DNA of 64,000 nucleotides from the NCBI GenBank assembly GCA_043228905.1, contig JBHGNT010000104.1:22641-86640 (forward strand), given 5' to 3'. Below the pieces are notes generated by a model that was given only the letters and a program-made list of their open reading frames with translations, was not told where the DNA came from and made no database searches. Position 1 is the stretch's first letter, and each line of letters starts with the position of its first letter. The position numbers were made by a program, and so were the translations under genes. Shown piece by piece: positions 10,901 to 22,773 of this stretch. Source of the DNA: Azolla caroliniana (Eukaryota > Plantae > Polypodiophyta).

Positions 10901-13500
10901 ACATAAATGATGAATGACTGTACACAATGGATGTTTTCGGATATAGGAAGATTTGGCATTTGGTGCCATGCACTGATTTGAACAATGAGAAAGAAAGGAA
11001 ATCCAATTGAACAATGCAAAGCCATATCCCTTGAAAGATTCTAGACAAAGGTGCAAATCTATTGAAAATCCTGCAGTATTTGGGAAGAATCAACATGCAG
11101 TGCCCTTTGTACACTAAAATGATGAGAAGACCAGGGACATTGATTGAGGAATGTAATGTTGCATACCTTGAAAAATGCTGAGAGAAGGCATAAAAAGATA
11201 TGGACAGCATAAAACATAATAAAGAAGGCAATGTAAGAGAGGCCATAAAAGACACGAAGATCCATGGGGGAGAAAAGGTGTAATAGACATAGGTATTGGA
11301 GGGATCAGCATGTGGAACAAGAAATTCTTTAAAACAGTGAGAAACAGAGACTGAGAAAAGCTGAGCTACATACACATAACATACAAATCTTTAATGTTGC
11401 ATACCTTGAAAAATGCTGAGAGAAGGCATAAAAAGATATGGACAGCATAAAAGACACGAAGATGCATGAGGGGGGAAAGGTGTAATAGACATAGGTATTG
11501 GCGGGATCAGCATGTGGAACAAGAAATTCTTTTAAACAGTGAGAAACAGAGACTGAGAAAAGCTGAGCTACATACATACCATACAAATCTTTAAAGTTAC
11601 AAAAGGTAACCAAATTCATGATAGACATATGAAGTTTGATTGAAACAATTGTGTGATTTGTTGAAGAATCATGGTTCTCAAGCTGAGGCAAAAGCATGAA
11701 AGAAAGACATATGAAGATAGGCATAAAATTTTGCAGCATTTGTGAGTGAATATGTAGTACTATGGATAGAACGAAATGGTGTGAACAAAGGGATTTGAAT
11801 TACAAATGCTACATTTATCTAGAGATATGAATGGGTAGCAAAGTTGTAAAAGTAATATGAAGTTTATCCATAGAGAAACTTGCAAGGTATGGAGGAAATT
11901 AGCAAGAGAAAAGGCAAACAAAATGTTAGAAGATCTGTGCAGCATTGTAGGTTTGGAAACGTGTAAACAAAATATCAAGATCTATAGAGAATATTGCATG
12001 ATTTAGGAGGAATCAACAAGAGAAAGTACATTAGGGTAACGGAACTGTTAAAAGACATATGAAGAACCATATGAAACTTGCATGATTAAACTCATGCATC
12101 ACAAGGATATAAAAAGCTTGCAGTGAAGAAACAGGCATTTGAAAATCCTTATAAATCTCTCAGCATTTAAATGCCATGAATCAGGTAAGACCATGAGAAT
12201 GCATGGAATTTAATTCAGGAATGCTAATCAATATAGTGTGGAATTCTTCAAAGGTAAAAACAGCAAGAAACAAAGTAAAATACATAGGAAGCTCCAGGGA
12301 AAACCCTTTCAGCGCTTGCAAAGAGTAACAGAGATTTAATGGTGAGAAAGTACGGCATTCAATTGAGAAATATTAGGCTATCTGCCATGTAATTCTTTAG
12401 AGTTATAAAAGACACGGAACAAACGTGGAAACACTAACAGGATTTGGTAAGAGAAAAGAGATATAAAGCACGCAATCTTGCAGAATTTGTGAAGAGCTAC
12501 CACTTAGAAGATATAATGGCATTAAAATATGAAGAACCATGGGAAATTATTTCAGACTTGTTAGAAGAATCAGCACATGGATGGTAACACGAAGGCTTGT
12601 AAGACATAGCAAGACCATACATGCCACACAGTACAAAGGAAACAGAAAAAGAAAAAAACATACAAAAGAAAAAGAAAAAACGTATGGATACAGATGTAAA
12701 TGAGAGAATTGAAAAGCTATGGAAGCAAATACGGGATATAAAAAGAAATGGAAACACTCAATTTTGAAGAAATAGCAGTACATATGGATGCATGCAGAGA
12801 TGATGAATATAAACAGCATAAAAGGACATATTAAAAAATTGAAAATTCCCCACAGAGAAAGGAAAACGAGAGGATTTGAAGACATAAACTGCATGTAAGA
12901 ATGTAATGACAGGTTGAGAAAACGAGAAGATTCGAAGATCTAAGCAGAATATAAGTGTGTAAAACAAAGACAGAGAATGAGCAGATTCTATAGAATAAAG
13001 AGCATCCAAGGATGTGCGCAAAGATATAAAAAAGAGAAGAATTTGATAGAGTGAAACGGAAAAAAGAACAGAAACAAAACAAAAAAGGTTGGAAAAGAAT
13101 TTGATAGAGTGAAAGGAAGAGAGAAAATCTGAGGCATAATTGAAGAAAAAAAGAAGTATTGACAGGATGTATTGTATACAGTGAAAACATACCAGCCAAT
13201 AAGGAAGGCGAAAGCTGCGACGAAGGTGATGAGACCACAGTATTGACGAGCGCATGCCATGCTTCCATAGCCAATGAGCATGGGGGGGATGAAGTGGATG
13301 ACGGAAAGTGGACCGAAGGCAAGGTATGAGAGGTAACAGCCACTGAGTGCAGCATAGGAGTGGCGTAGGGATGGAGAGGGTATGAATCGCCACAGGAAAC
13401 TACAGGGGATGCTCGCAATGAACGCTACGAGGAACTGGAAGACGGCAGGCGAGACGCCGATGACAGAAGCCAGGTCTGCCATCGCCATCGCCATCGCCAT
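7782..13500 (-). CDS. LPCAT: Lysophospholipid (lysophosphatidylcholine) acyltransferase, MBOAT family; 8 exons, 1392-nt CDS, 463 aa
   Basis: Exons on the minus strand: 13500-13193, 10664-10609, 10121-9901, 9493-9094, 8702-8617, 8377-8314, 8222-8104, 7919-7782. All introns are GT-AG with consistent phases and there is no internal stop. Plant LPLAT/LPCAT motifs present: MSGDAWKDGGID, GALMVLTLKVIS, RWKYYFIW, WNIHVSTWLR, SAVWHGLY (catalytic His). Confidence 0.93.
8104..8222 (-). CDS. LPCAT: LPCAT exon 7
   Basis: VIYRWQQAI...LNYACIGFV; donor GTATTG. Confidence 0.88.
8314..8377 (-). CDS. LPCAT: LPCAT exon 6
   Basis: GLYAGYILFFVHSALMIAGSR; donor GTAAGC. Confidence 0.92.
8617..8702 (-). CDS. LPCAT: LPCAT exon 5
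   Basis: YVYDRLSKKGEKPGLSELLLTQIVSAVWH; donor GTAAGA. Confidence 0.92.
8703..9093 (-). other. U12-type (minor spliceosome) GT-AG intron 4 of LPCAT
   Basis: 5' splice site GTATCCTTT; branch point TACCTTGAC followed by 10 nt ending in the acceptor AG; no polypyrimidine tract after the branch point. Confidence 0.88.
8900..8972. repeat. 31-bp tandem repeat x~2.4 inside intron 4
   Basis: CAATTCATC(A/C)TCAGCTTCAC...GTAAGG repeated. Confidence 0.8.
9094..9493 (-). CDS. LPCAT: LPCAT exon 4
   Basis: Acceptor TTTGCAG, donor GTATCCTTT; AWSQK...STWLRL. Confidence 0.92.
9566..9859. mobile_element. MITE-like (possibly Mutator-type) element in LPCAT intron 3
   Basis: Left end GGGGAAAACTCTGAAATATCCC...TAAGTTTTCTTTATGTCCACAGATGCCTCT pairs imperfectly with right end AGAGGCATTTGGGGAGACAAAGAAAAACTTA...TATTTCAGAGGTTTTTCT. 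Confidence 0.6.
9901..10121 (-). CDS. LPCAT: LPCAT exon 3
   Basis: Acceptor TTTGTAG, donor GTAATT; ALMVLTLKVIS...DWTAEKG. Confidence 0.92.
10609..10664 (-). CDS. LPCAT: LPCAT exon 2 (CHVYYMSGDAWKDGGIDCTG)
   Basis: Acceptor TTTTGCAG, donor GTATAT; 56 nt. Not in the ORF track. Confidence 0.92.
11155..11593. repeat. Tandem duplication (~238-bp period) in LPCAT intron 1
   Basis: AATGTTGCATACCTTGAAAAATGCTGAGAGAAGG... at ~11155 and ~11394. The second copy has an internal deletion. Confidence 0.9.
13193..13500 (-). CDS. LPCAT: LPCAT exon 1 (MAMAMAMADLASVIG...FLIG)
   Basis: First of four in-frame ATGs at 13500; donor GTATGT at 13192. Confidence 0.88.
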
Positions 13501-13508
13501 CGCTGCTG

Positions 13509-13637
13509 CTTCTTCCTCTTCCTCTTCCTCTTCTTCCTCCTCCTCCTCCTCTTGTCTTTGTCTTTGTCTCTGTCTTTGTGTCTTTGTCTCTGTCTTTGTC
13601 TGTCTGTGTTTTTTCCCTTGTCTGTGTTTTTTCCCTT
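13509..13637. repeat. Compound microsatellite in the LPCAT leader: (GAG/GAA)n, (AAAGAC/AGAGAC)n and an 18-bp duplication
   Basis: Direct reading, immediately upstream of the ATG. Confidence 0.85.
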
Positions 13638-13967
13638 CAATTGGGGCGGGGGGGGATGGCTGCCTGCCCACACCTTTTTCCTTTGCCCTTTTTCCTTTTC
13701 CCCTTTTTAATTAACTTAACTCCTTCCCTTCCCTTCGCTACACTTACATTTACTTACATATGCATAAGTTATGTAAATACATAAATAAGAGAAAATTAAG
13801 TCATAAAAATCAAACAAAGTGTTTGTGTGGATTTCAATCCATCATGGATGGATCTCCTTCCTCCTCCTTAACAACATTCTCTCTCTACATACATACATAC
13901 TTCTTTACCCATCCCATCTTCCCTCTCTCTCTCTCTCTATTACTCTATAGATATCTCTTATATCACT

Positions 13968-14117
13968 AGATGCCAATGTGGAATGTAGGGTTGAACCCAT
14001 GACCACCTGGTCTGCATTGGGTAACCTTACCAACTGAGCCCCTGGTCTCCAACCTTATCGATTGAGCTACATCCATTGGGCATCCTTACCATTTGAGCTC
14101 CATCCATCTAGGCATCT
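13968..14117 (-). mobile_element. tRNA-like (SINE-like) cassette with A and B boxes, bracketed by short inverted repeats
   Basis: Minus strand GGGCTCAGTTGGTAAG (A box), then ~31 nt, then GGGTTCAACCC (B box). Ends AGATGCC...GGCATCT. No convincing acceptor stem. Confidence 0.5.
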
Positions 14118-15139
14118 CTCTCTCTCTCTCTCTCTTTGTGGGGCTCTTTCTATCCCATCTCCTCTTCTTCTTTTGTTGAAAACACAATGGATAGATGGAT
14201 GGTACCTCAATAAATGTGTATATGAGTAAAACTACTTTTACCACAACATGTAGATGGTATCACCACAATTGAGTTATTAGGAGTGTCACTGAAGTGGTGC
14301 TACCTCCACTACACTGTTGTTGTTTTATCCTCTCTCTCTTCTTTATTCTGTCCCACCCACCCCCTCTGTCTCTTTCTCACTCATTGTATGTAAAAACCAT
14401 CATTGTAGCCCTCCATAGAAAGGAAGGGAGATAGGGTGCATTTCCAAGTGCCATCTAAATACTCACATGAAGAAACAATCCCCCCATATTTACTACATGT
14501 CTACCATCAAACATGAACGCATTGTGCATGTTCCAGCTATGTTGCAACCCCCCAATAAATACCTTCAAAACTAGAATATGGTTTCTAGATCATGTTTTGG
14601 TTCATGTTGCACATATTGGCTATAGACCCATTGTCTAGGCATCCAATAACAAGTACACACAACTTGCCATACTTCCGATATGTGCACTACGGCATCATTT
14701 GTATTATCTTCCAAGTGAACAATACAAAAGAAACATATGTTTCATGTCAATCCTCTCCTTTTAAGGGCTCAACCTAACAGAAAGCCCCTAATTACCATTC
14801 TTTAAACAAACACTTTGGATCGAAACGCCAATTGAGAATGCCAACTACGTTGCAACATTTTTTTGCCACTCTGCATCAAACTTGTTGACATTCCACTCCT
14901 TTTGTGCTTTCGAGTAAAAACCATGAAACCTTTTTCTTTGTCGAACGAATGTGGAAATTGTACACATCAATCCATGTTAGAGCTCATCTTGGTGTCTGCC
15001 ATTTGAACCATTGCTTCCATGCGAAATAGCTCACATGCATCACAATGTGAGATAGGATGTTGGGGCACAAGTAATAAGAGTGGTCGGCTATGCACACTTT
15101 ACCCGAAACAAGTTCAGGAGTGCTAGAGATTATTTCTAA

Positions 15140-15960
15140 TGTAAGCATAAAATAAGGAAATAGATGTTAGGTAGTAACGAGAAAGAGAGAGAAAGAAGGG
15201 TGTCGATCCACCCGACTACACTTGAACGAAGGGATAGAAACAGGCCCAAACCTTGAACAACAACCCATACCGATGCCTTGATTGCTACTTGCACACGCTT
15301 ACCACAAGATCACAATCCCGACATTGTCGAATAATGTGTTCATGAGGATAGTCAGGCCTCATATTTATAGCTAGACGTAAGGCCCCCATGCAAGTTCACA
15401 CTTGGCCCTTAAGAGTTGTCTCAATCCCTAGGATTAAAAGTAATACTCTCGATTAACTCACACTTTTATCCTTGTGTGTAGAATACTAAGGTATAAACTA
15501 CCATGAGATAAATTATGGTCATGCCCATAACATACCCCTCCCCCCCTCTTTAAAACATTACACCCTCGTAATCAAAATTTAGGGAAGCTAGTTTTAATGG
15601 TGCTTTCTTGTTCCCATGTTGCATATTTATAGACTTATCCATCCATTTAACGTTAAATTTTCGGATTATTTTAGATCACAAATGTTTTGTTTTAACATCG
15701 AGAATTTTCTCTGGTACATGTAGTTTAGAAGCTAAACCTTCAGAAGTAATCAGAGTTTCAGTTGTAACTATATTATTGCTAGAACCAAGAAGTTCTTTTA
15801 GACGACTTACATGAAAAACGTAATGAATTATGACACCATTGGGAAGACCAAGATGATAGGTTGATGGCGAATGCGTTTGAGGACCATGAAAGGTCCACAA
15901 AATAGTGGTGCTAACTTAGTGCCCATACCAGTAGGCAATGTCTTAGAGTCTTGAGTCACA
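15140..15960 (-). mobile_element. Chromovirus-type Ty3/gypsy remnant: integrase C-terminus, chromodomain-like segment, PPT and 3' LTR
   Basis: YHLGLPNGVIIHYVFHVSRLK and PEKILDVK...VKW. PPT AAAGAGGGGGGGAGGGG at 15535-15551. LTR starts TGTTATGGGC at 15532; its distal end is approximate. Confidence 0.75.
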
Positions 15961-16437
15961 CATAGTAATACCTTCTATCTAGGGTTGAATACACGAGGTT
16001 GCCTATTATGGTCAGTATAAAAATGCAGTCTATCTTGACTTGTTTTTATATTATCTCGTGCAATATGCAACATACCTTGAATATCCCTTATAAAGTTTTG
16101 GGTACTTCTCAACTCATCATGATGTATATTAACATCAATTGTGTCACAAACACCCCAACCACGAACTCGGACAGAGCACAGATGATGGGACTAAGAGCGT
16201 GGAACTTAAGAAGCTACGAACTTGGAGCTAGAGGTGATGAGGTTAGGAACTTAAGAAGCACCACACGTCTTTGTCATTGCCCTTGCTTCTAGAGTTCCTA
16301 ACCTCGTTGTTGAGAACGCGGCCGTCTAGTGCAAAACAAATCAACACTCTTCTAAACAGAACATCATAAACAAATACAATCAAGGTAGATTGATGAGTCT
16401 AAGCAATATCAACCGAACGCGATAAGAAACTAGAATG

Positions 16438-16439
<2 letters not shown>

Positions 16440-16470
<31 letters not shown>
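16440..16470. repeat. (GA)n microsatellite within the A LTR
   Basis: Direct reading. Confidence 0.95.
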
Positions 16471-16471
<1 letters not shown>

Positions 16472-19299
16472 GTTGGGCACAAGATGAATTGTATTTTTAG
16501 CAACTACAAAACTAGGTTACAAAGTCAATTTATATACTGACTAACTTAGGGCAACTGACCTTCTCACTATTTACATAAATAGCCTAAACCTAGTGTGTAC
16601 AAAAGGGACAGGCGTGAATACGTCCATTAGAAACCTGTATTCGACACTCCCTCGTAATGGGCATATACATCTAGAATCTGTAGTATAGAAATAAGTGTAC
16701 AATACAGATTAGTACAAAGTTTTCGAGCAAATCGAAATTTCATTCGAATTGGTGAACTTTGAGATTCAACAAAAGGCCAAATTGGCCGAGGTCAAAGAGA
16801 CTAACCGAACTTCGAACTATTGAAGTCGATTGTTTGAAAAACATCCTGAGTGTTTGACTTAATTAGACTGATTCTTTGTTATGCCCATTTGGTGCCGAAG
16901 GGATTGAAAATCGATCCGCCGAATGACACTTCGTCATCCCATCTGTGACATTATCGGTTGTAGGTATCTTCTCAAGGCCGAATTTACCTGAAATGACGTA
17001 GTCTCGAAAAAAGTGATATCGAACATCGATATGCTTGGAGGCGTTGTGATGAACCAGATTTTTTGAGAGAGCAACAACACCCTGACTATTGCTGTAGAAA
17101 ACTAGAGCTGAGTCAAATTCGACTTGTCGAAACGTGCATGCTAGCCATTCAAGCCATAAAGCTTCTTTCGCCGCGTCTTACACGGCTACGTATTCGGCCT
17201 CGGTTTTTGATGTAGCAGTGCACTCTTGGAGTTTCGATTTCCATGAGATCGCTCCATTGCCGAGTTTGAAGCAATATCCGGTTGTTGATTTTCGACAGTC
17301 CACACAGCCGGCAAAGTTCGAGTCGGTGTATCCGACTACGTATGAAGTGTCATTCGGACCGAATAGGATGCCATGGTCTTTTGTGCCCACCATATATCTG
17401 AACACATGCTTGCTTGCATTCCAGTGCAATCAGCCAGGATTGTGCATGAATATGCTACAACTCCGACGGCGTGAGCAATGTCAGGCCGTGTCGCGACCAT
17501 CGCATACATCAGGGAGCTGACTGTCGGTGCATACGGAACCAACTTCATAATTTCTCCCTCTGAACATGATGTCAAACAGTCTTGCTGAGACAGCTGAAGA
17601 CTAATGGGGAGCGGGGTCGAAGTAGATTTTGCCGATTACATGTTGAAGCATTCGAGGACACGTATGATATAGTCGGATTGGGACAGAAACAATTGTCTTC
17701 GATTTCAATTCCGACTAATCTTCATACCGAGAACATGTCTTGCCGGACCGAGGTCCTTCATGGCAAACTTCAACCGTAGTAGTCAAACAAGTTCGGCAAG
17801 CTCTTCGGCTTGCCAACTAGAGATTAACATGTTGTCCACATAGATGATGAGGAAGATGGGTGACCCATCTCGTGTCATTTTCGTGAAGAGATAGTGGTCC
17901 TCATCGCTCTTCGAGAAGCCAACTGATTGGATGAAGTCGTGAAACTTCTTACACCACTGTCGCAGTGCTTGTTTAAGGCTGTATAGACTCTTCCTGAGCC
18001 GATAGACTAAATGTTCCTGGCCTGGTACCACGAAGCCTTTCGGCTGCTCCATATAAATTTCCTCCTCTAGGTCACCGTGGAGGAATGTTGTTTTGACATC
18101 TAGCTGGATTAGCTCCAAGTTCTCGGTTGCCACTAAGGGTTGTCATTTTCACCACTAGTGAGAAGATTTCGTCGAAATCGACGCCATATTCTTGTCGAAA
18201 ACCCTTAGTCTTGAATTTTGGGGTGGCCGAATCAGACGTCTCTTTAACTCGATAGGCCCACTTGCAAGGGAGAGAGCGTCGATTCTTCGGTAATTTGACC
18301 AAGTCCCAAGTTTTGTTTGCGTTCATTTCCGACTCCATGGCCAAATGCCAGTTGGTCGAATCGGCTAAAGCCGATGCTTCTTCGTATGACGTCAGTTCTC
18401 CGGCGTCCGTAAAGAAGATACTAGGAGAGTATCTCTCTGGGGGTTGTGACAGTCACTCGGATCTTCAAGGTATGACTGAACTGGTCGCTTCGAGTATCGA
18501 TGTCGGATGGTCCAGAGCCGAGTTGTTCGGCTGTTCCGAGTCAGACGCTGTCAAGTCGATACTAGAGGTTTCAACTACCCGTGAAGCCGACCTTGTGTTG
18601 TGTGTTGGGCCGTCGTGAAGGGTTGTCACAATTGAGAAAATTAACCTTCGTACTTCGATCGGCTTTTCGGCCAATTAATGCATGGTTGACTCATTGAACT
18701 TCGGATGATCTGTCTGTGCTCTAGGTCCCAGAGTCGGTATCCTATTTCGCCATCTGATCCATAACCGAGGAAAATACATTTCTTGGACCTTGGTGCAAGT
18801 TTGCGGCAATCATCTTCCGAAAGCATTTCAATTCTCCGTCGGATTGATTTTCGACCATAGCGAGCCAATCGGAAAAAATCGAGAACACTCAATATTTAGT
18901 TTTAATTGGGTACGCCCACACCTTCCGAGTCGAGTCGTCAATAAAGTTGCTGAAATACAAGGCACCACCGAGAGACTGATGTGGCATAGGACCACAGACG
19001 TCCGAGTGGACCAAATCGAGGGGACTCAATTCTCTCGGTGCTGATGTCGGATGTGATGCGGCTATCTATTTGCCGTACTGGCAATGCTTGCAGAGCTAAT
19101 GATCAGAGAAGGAGAGTTTAGGGATGTATCCGGCTCTAGATAAATGCGTGATGCCGGCCTTGCTAAGGTGTCTGAGTCGTCCGTGCCATAGTGATGACAT
19201 GGGAATGTCGATCAAGAATAAGTCACCCTCTGTGAGTGTGACGTACAACGGGTACAATGAGTGTAATTTCGGTCCTCGAGCAAGCAGGAGATTCCCACT

Positions 19300-22200
19300 T
19301 GATGAGGTAGAGATGATAGAAAGGAGAGATAAGGAAGATAAACAAACCCAAAACCACAAAAATCTATTGCTAATGAATAATTATGATGGAAGGAAGAGAG
19401 AAAGAAGATGCATAAATCCAAGTCTACAAGGATAAATTAATAACAACTCAACCAACACTACATGAATAGGCAAGAAAACATCACAAGAAAGAGACTCTCC
19501 CACCACCTTACTCTTCTTCCTTTATATAAAGTTCTCTTCCACTGGATAAGCTTCCCTTGCTTTCTTTTTTATGCTTTTTTTAGAGTTTTCATCGAGTCCT
19601 ATTCTTATCTATGACACAACAATCTTCAAATTTTCATATCTCCCTCATCCAGGCTCAAAATTTAGAGATTTAAAAAGTTATGGATAGCTCTCTTCACAAG
19701 CTTTCTAATCCATATTTGCACATTATATTTGTCTTCCAAAAGAATGAGTTATGCTCGTTCGTTGTAGATTGTGTTTTGGTGGCTTGCTTTTTTCTTCTTT
19801 TACTTTTCTCCATCTTTCTTGCTTTTAGTTTGACTTATCCTTGAGACCTTGGTTCGTGATCTTGCCCTCCGGATGTGAACGCACGATACCTTATATTCTT
19901 TTAGACTTCAATACCTTGAATTCTAAAAACACTTTCACATTTAGCCCTCCCCCTTGCTTCTTGGTGAACCATTTATGGTGAACCCTAAGCTACTAATAAA
20001 ACCAAATATTCTCCTTCGCCTTATTCATGGCTATAGACAAAGAAGGAGAGAATAAATAAAAAGAAACAAATTATGTGAGTAAAAACCCTGCTAGTCGGTA
20101 GGAAAAACCTCACAGTCCTAGACACATACGCACACACACACACACACATTGACAATAGCCACCACCATCTTTCTCCTTGTCAACACAAAGAAAGAGGTTA
20201 CAACAATTATTATATCTTCCTCAACTCTCCAAATACTAGGTGGACCATGTGATACATAACTCTTGAGAGAAGTAAGCATGTCAACATATGAATAAACCTT
20301 TTGAGCGAGCGAACCTTTTGCACAAAAACCTTCAAAGCTTTGAGACTTGTCAGAGTTGTCACCTTTTGAATTACTTTGATCTTTGATTCCGCGTGAATTC
20401 CTTCTTCGCAAATGACATTCTCCACACTACCTTGTTTTGTATGTTTGACCATTTCATCTATAATCTCACCTCGAAAAGGACGCAAAAATAGATCTCGTTT
20501 GGTTGAATCATTCAAGGGTTGAAAGTTGATGTCTTTCTCCTTTGGAACCACAACAATAGGTGAGACAAACTTCAAATCCTCCAACTTGATGTGGTGTTGG
20601 GGGCCTTCTACTCATCTATAATCTCATCTCGAAAAGGAAGCAAAAATAGATCTCGTTTGCTTGAATCATTCAAGGGTTGAAAGTTGATGTCTTTCTCCTT
20701 TGGAACCACAACAATAGGTGAGACAAACTTCAAATCCTCCAACTTGATGTGGTGTTGGATGCCTTCTACTCTTATTTGTGAATATTCATTTATGAATATC
20801 TTTGGAAACTTAAAAAGAAGAGAAATAAACCTAAGATCCTCTTCTCCTTGGACATCTTTTGAAATCATCTTCTTTTTCCCCTTTAGGGTGATAATACTTT
20901 TCTCTTCAATGAATTCTTCTTCCTCCTTAGACATCATGTGGAATGATTTGTTTTCCCTATCCCACGAAGATTCATCAATTGTTATGCTTTCCTCTTCTTG
21001 CTTGCCATTGTCGATAGATGATTCCTTCTCCTTTATACATTTGATTAGTTGTGGTGGATCCTTTGATGGTGATAAGTTCATGATACTCCAATCATGCATT
21101 ACAAGTAATTCTCTTGGCTCTTGATCAAATTGTTGTTGAAGAGTTAATGCCCACATAACTTTGTTGCTACTCAATGCAAATCCAAAACACAAATCTTGCA
21201 TGAACACCTTCATACACTACAACTTGGCACTTACCAATGCTTCCTTACACGCATTGATCTCCAAAAACCAATTTCCAACTATCACTTCCAAGTTACCTTC
21301 TTCATCTTGCAACTCCCTTGTGGGTACTTCACCATCAACAACTTTTTCTGTCATATCTTCCATTTCATCTTGCACATATTCATCATTAACCACCATATTG
21401 CTTGTTGTATCAATAATGTCCTCAACATGATGTACATTGGCATCACCATCCATAGCATCGCTTCTCATAACAATCTCCTTGGATTCATCTTTCACATCAT
21501 CATTCTTTATATCATGGTTGTCCTCGTGAACTATATGGGGGAACTCCACATTCATCACCTCTTCTTCTTTGTCTCTGGAATCACCTTCATAGACATCATT
21601 ATAACTCCAAAAATTAGAATAATGATATGAGGGAACCTATTGAATCGGACATTGCAAGTATGCTGGTTGTTGGCTCATGATCGATCCACAATTATTATAG
21701 CTTGGATTTATGGTATATGATGTCGATGCTCCATATGCTTCACCGAATAACAACTTCTTCAATTGTTGATCATAACTTTGACATACTCGAAGCAAATAAT
21801 GGAAAGACCTTGGGTACTTCATATGCACTTCATATTGAAAATATGGATCTAGCCCTACTTTGAATCTTTGCATCTTGAAGTATACATCTTCAACGCCTCC
21901 AACAAGTTCAATCCAAGTGGACCATATATCCAAAAACGTCTTCTCATACTCGAGGTAGCACATTGATGAAACCATACGCAATTGGAAAAGTTCTCTTCGT
22001 AGATCTGTCGCATCGCGAACTCCATATCTTGCCATCAGTTTGATGATGAATTGGTAGATCCAACCATCAATGAGTGGACAACCGTTCCTCCTGTTATACG
22101 AAAAGGATCGTCCCTCCTTGGAGCGCCAAAAAATGATAGAGGTAGAGATGATAGAAAGGAGAGATAAGGACGATAAACAAACCCAAAACCACAAAGATCT

Positions 22201-22773
22201 ATTACTAATGAATAATTATGATGGAAGGAAGAGAGAAAGAAGATACATAAATCCAGGTCTACAAGGATAAATTAATAACAACTCAACCAACACTACATGA
22301 ATAGGCAAGAAAACATCACAAGAAAGAGACTCTCCCACCACCTTACTCTTCTTCCTTTATATAAAGTTCTCTTCCACTGGATAAGCTTCCCTTGCTTTCT
22401 TTTTATGCTTTTTTTAGAGTTTTCATCGAGTCCTATTCTTATCTATGACACAACAATATTCAAATCTTCATATCTCCCTCGTCCGGGCTCAAAATGTAGA
22501 GATTTAAAAAGTTATGGATAGCTCTCTTCACAAGCTTTCTAACCCATATTTGCACATTATATTTGGTTTCCAAAAGAATGAGTTATGATCGTTCGTTGTA
22601 GATTGTGTTTTGGTGGCCCGCTTTTTTCTTCTTTTACTTTTCTCCACCTTTCTTGCTTTTAGTTTGACTTATCCTTGAGACCTTGGTTCGTGATCTTGCC
22701 CTCCGGATGTGAACGCATGATACCTTATATTCTTTTAGACTTCAATACCTTGAATTCTAAAAACACTTTCACA
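19300..22773 (-). mobile_element. Element B: 3.5-kb non-autonomous gypsy-derived LTR element, TSD CCACT
   Basis: LTRs 19300-19939 and 22134-22773 (~640 bp, roughly 97% identical by eye). PBS TGGCGCTCCAAGG; PPT AAGGGGGAGGG. Gag-like ORF from ATG 22035; RT relics (VSPIVVVPK). TSD at 19295-19299 and 22774-22778. Confidence 0.92.

Noticed and set aside
10704-13418. Long hydrophobic minus-strand ORFs in intron 1
   Set aside because: Products of T-rich intronic sequence; the spliced LPCAT model is complete without them.
13968-14050. Functional tRNA gene
   Set aside because: No acceptor or anticodon stem pairing; kept only as a tRNA-like repeat.
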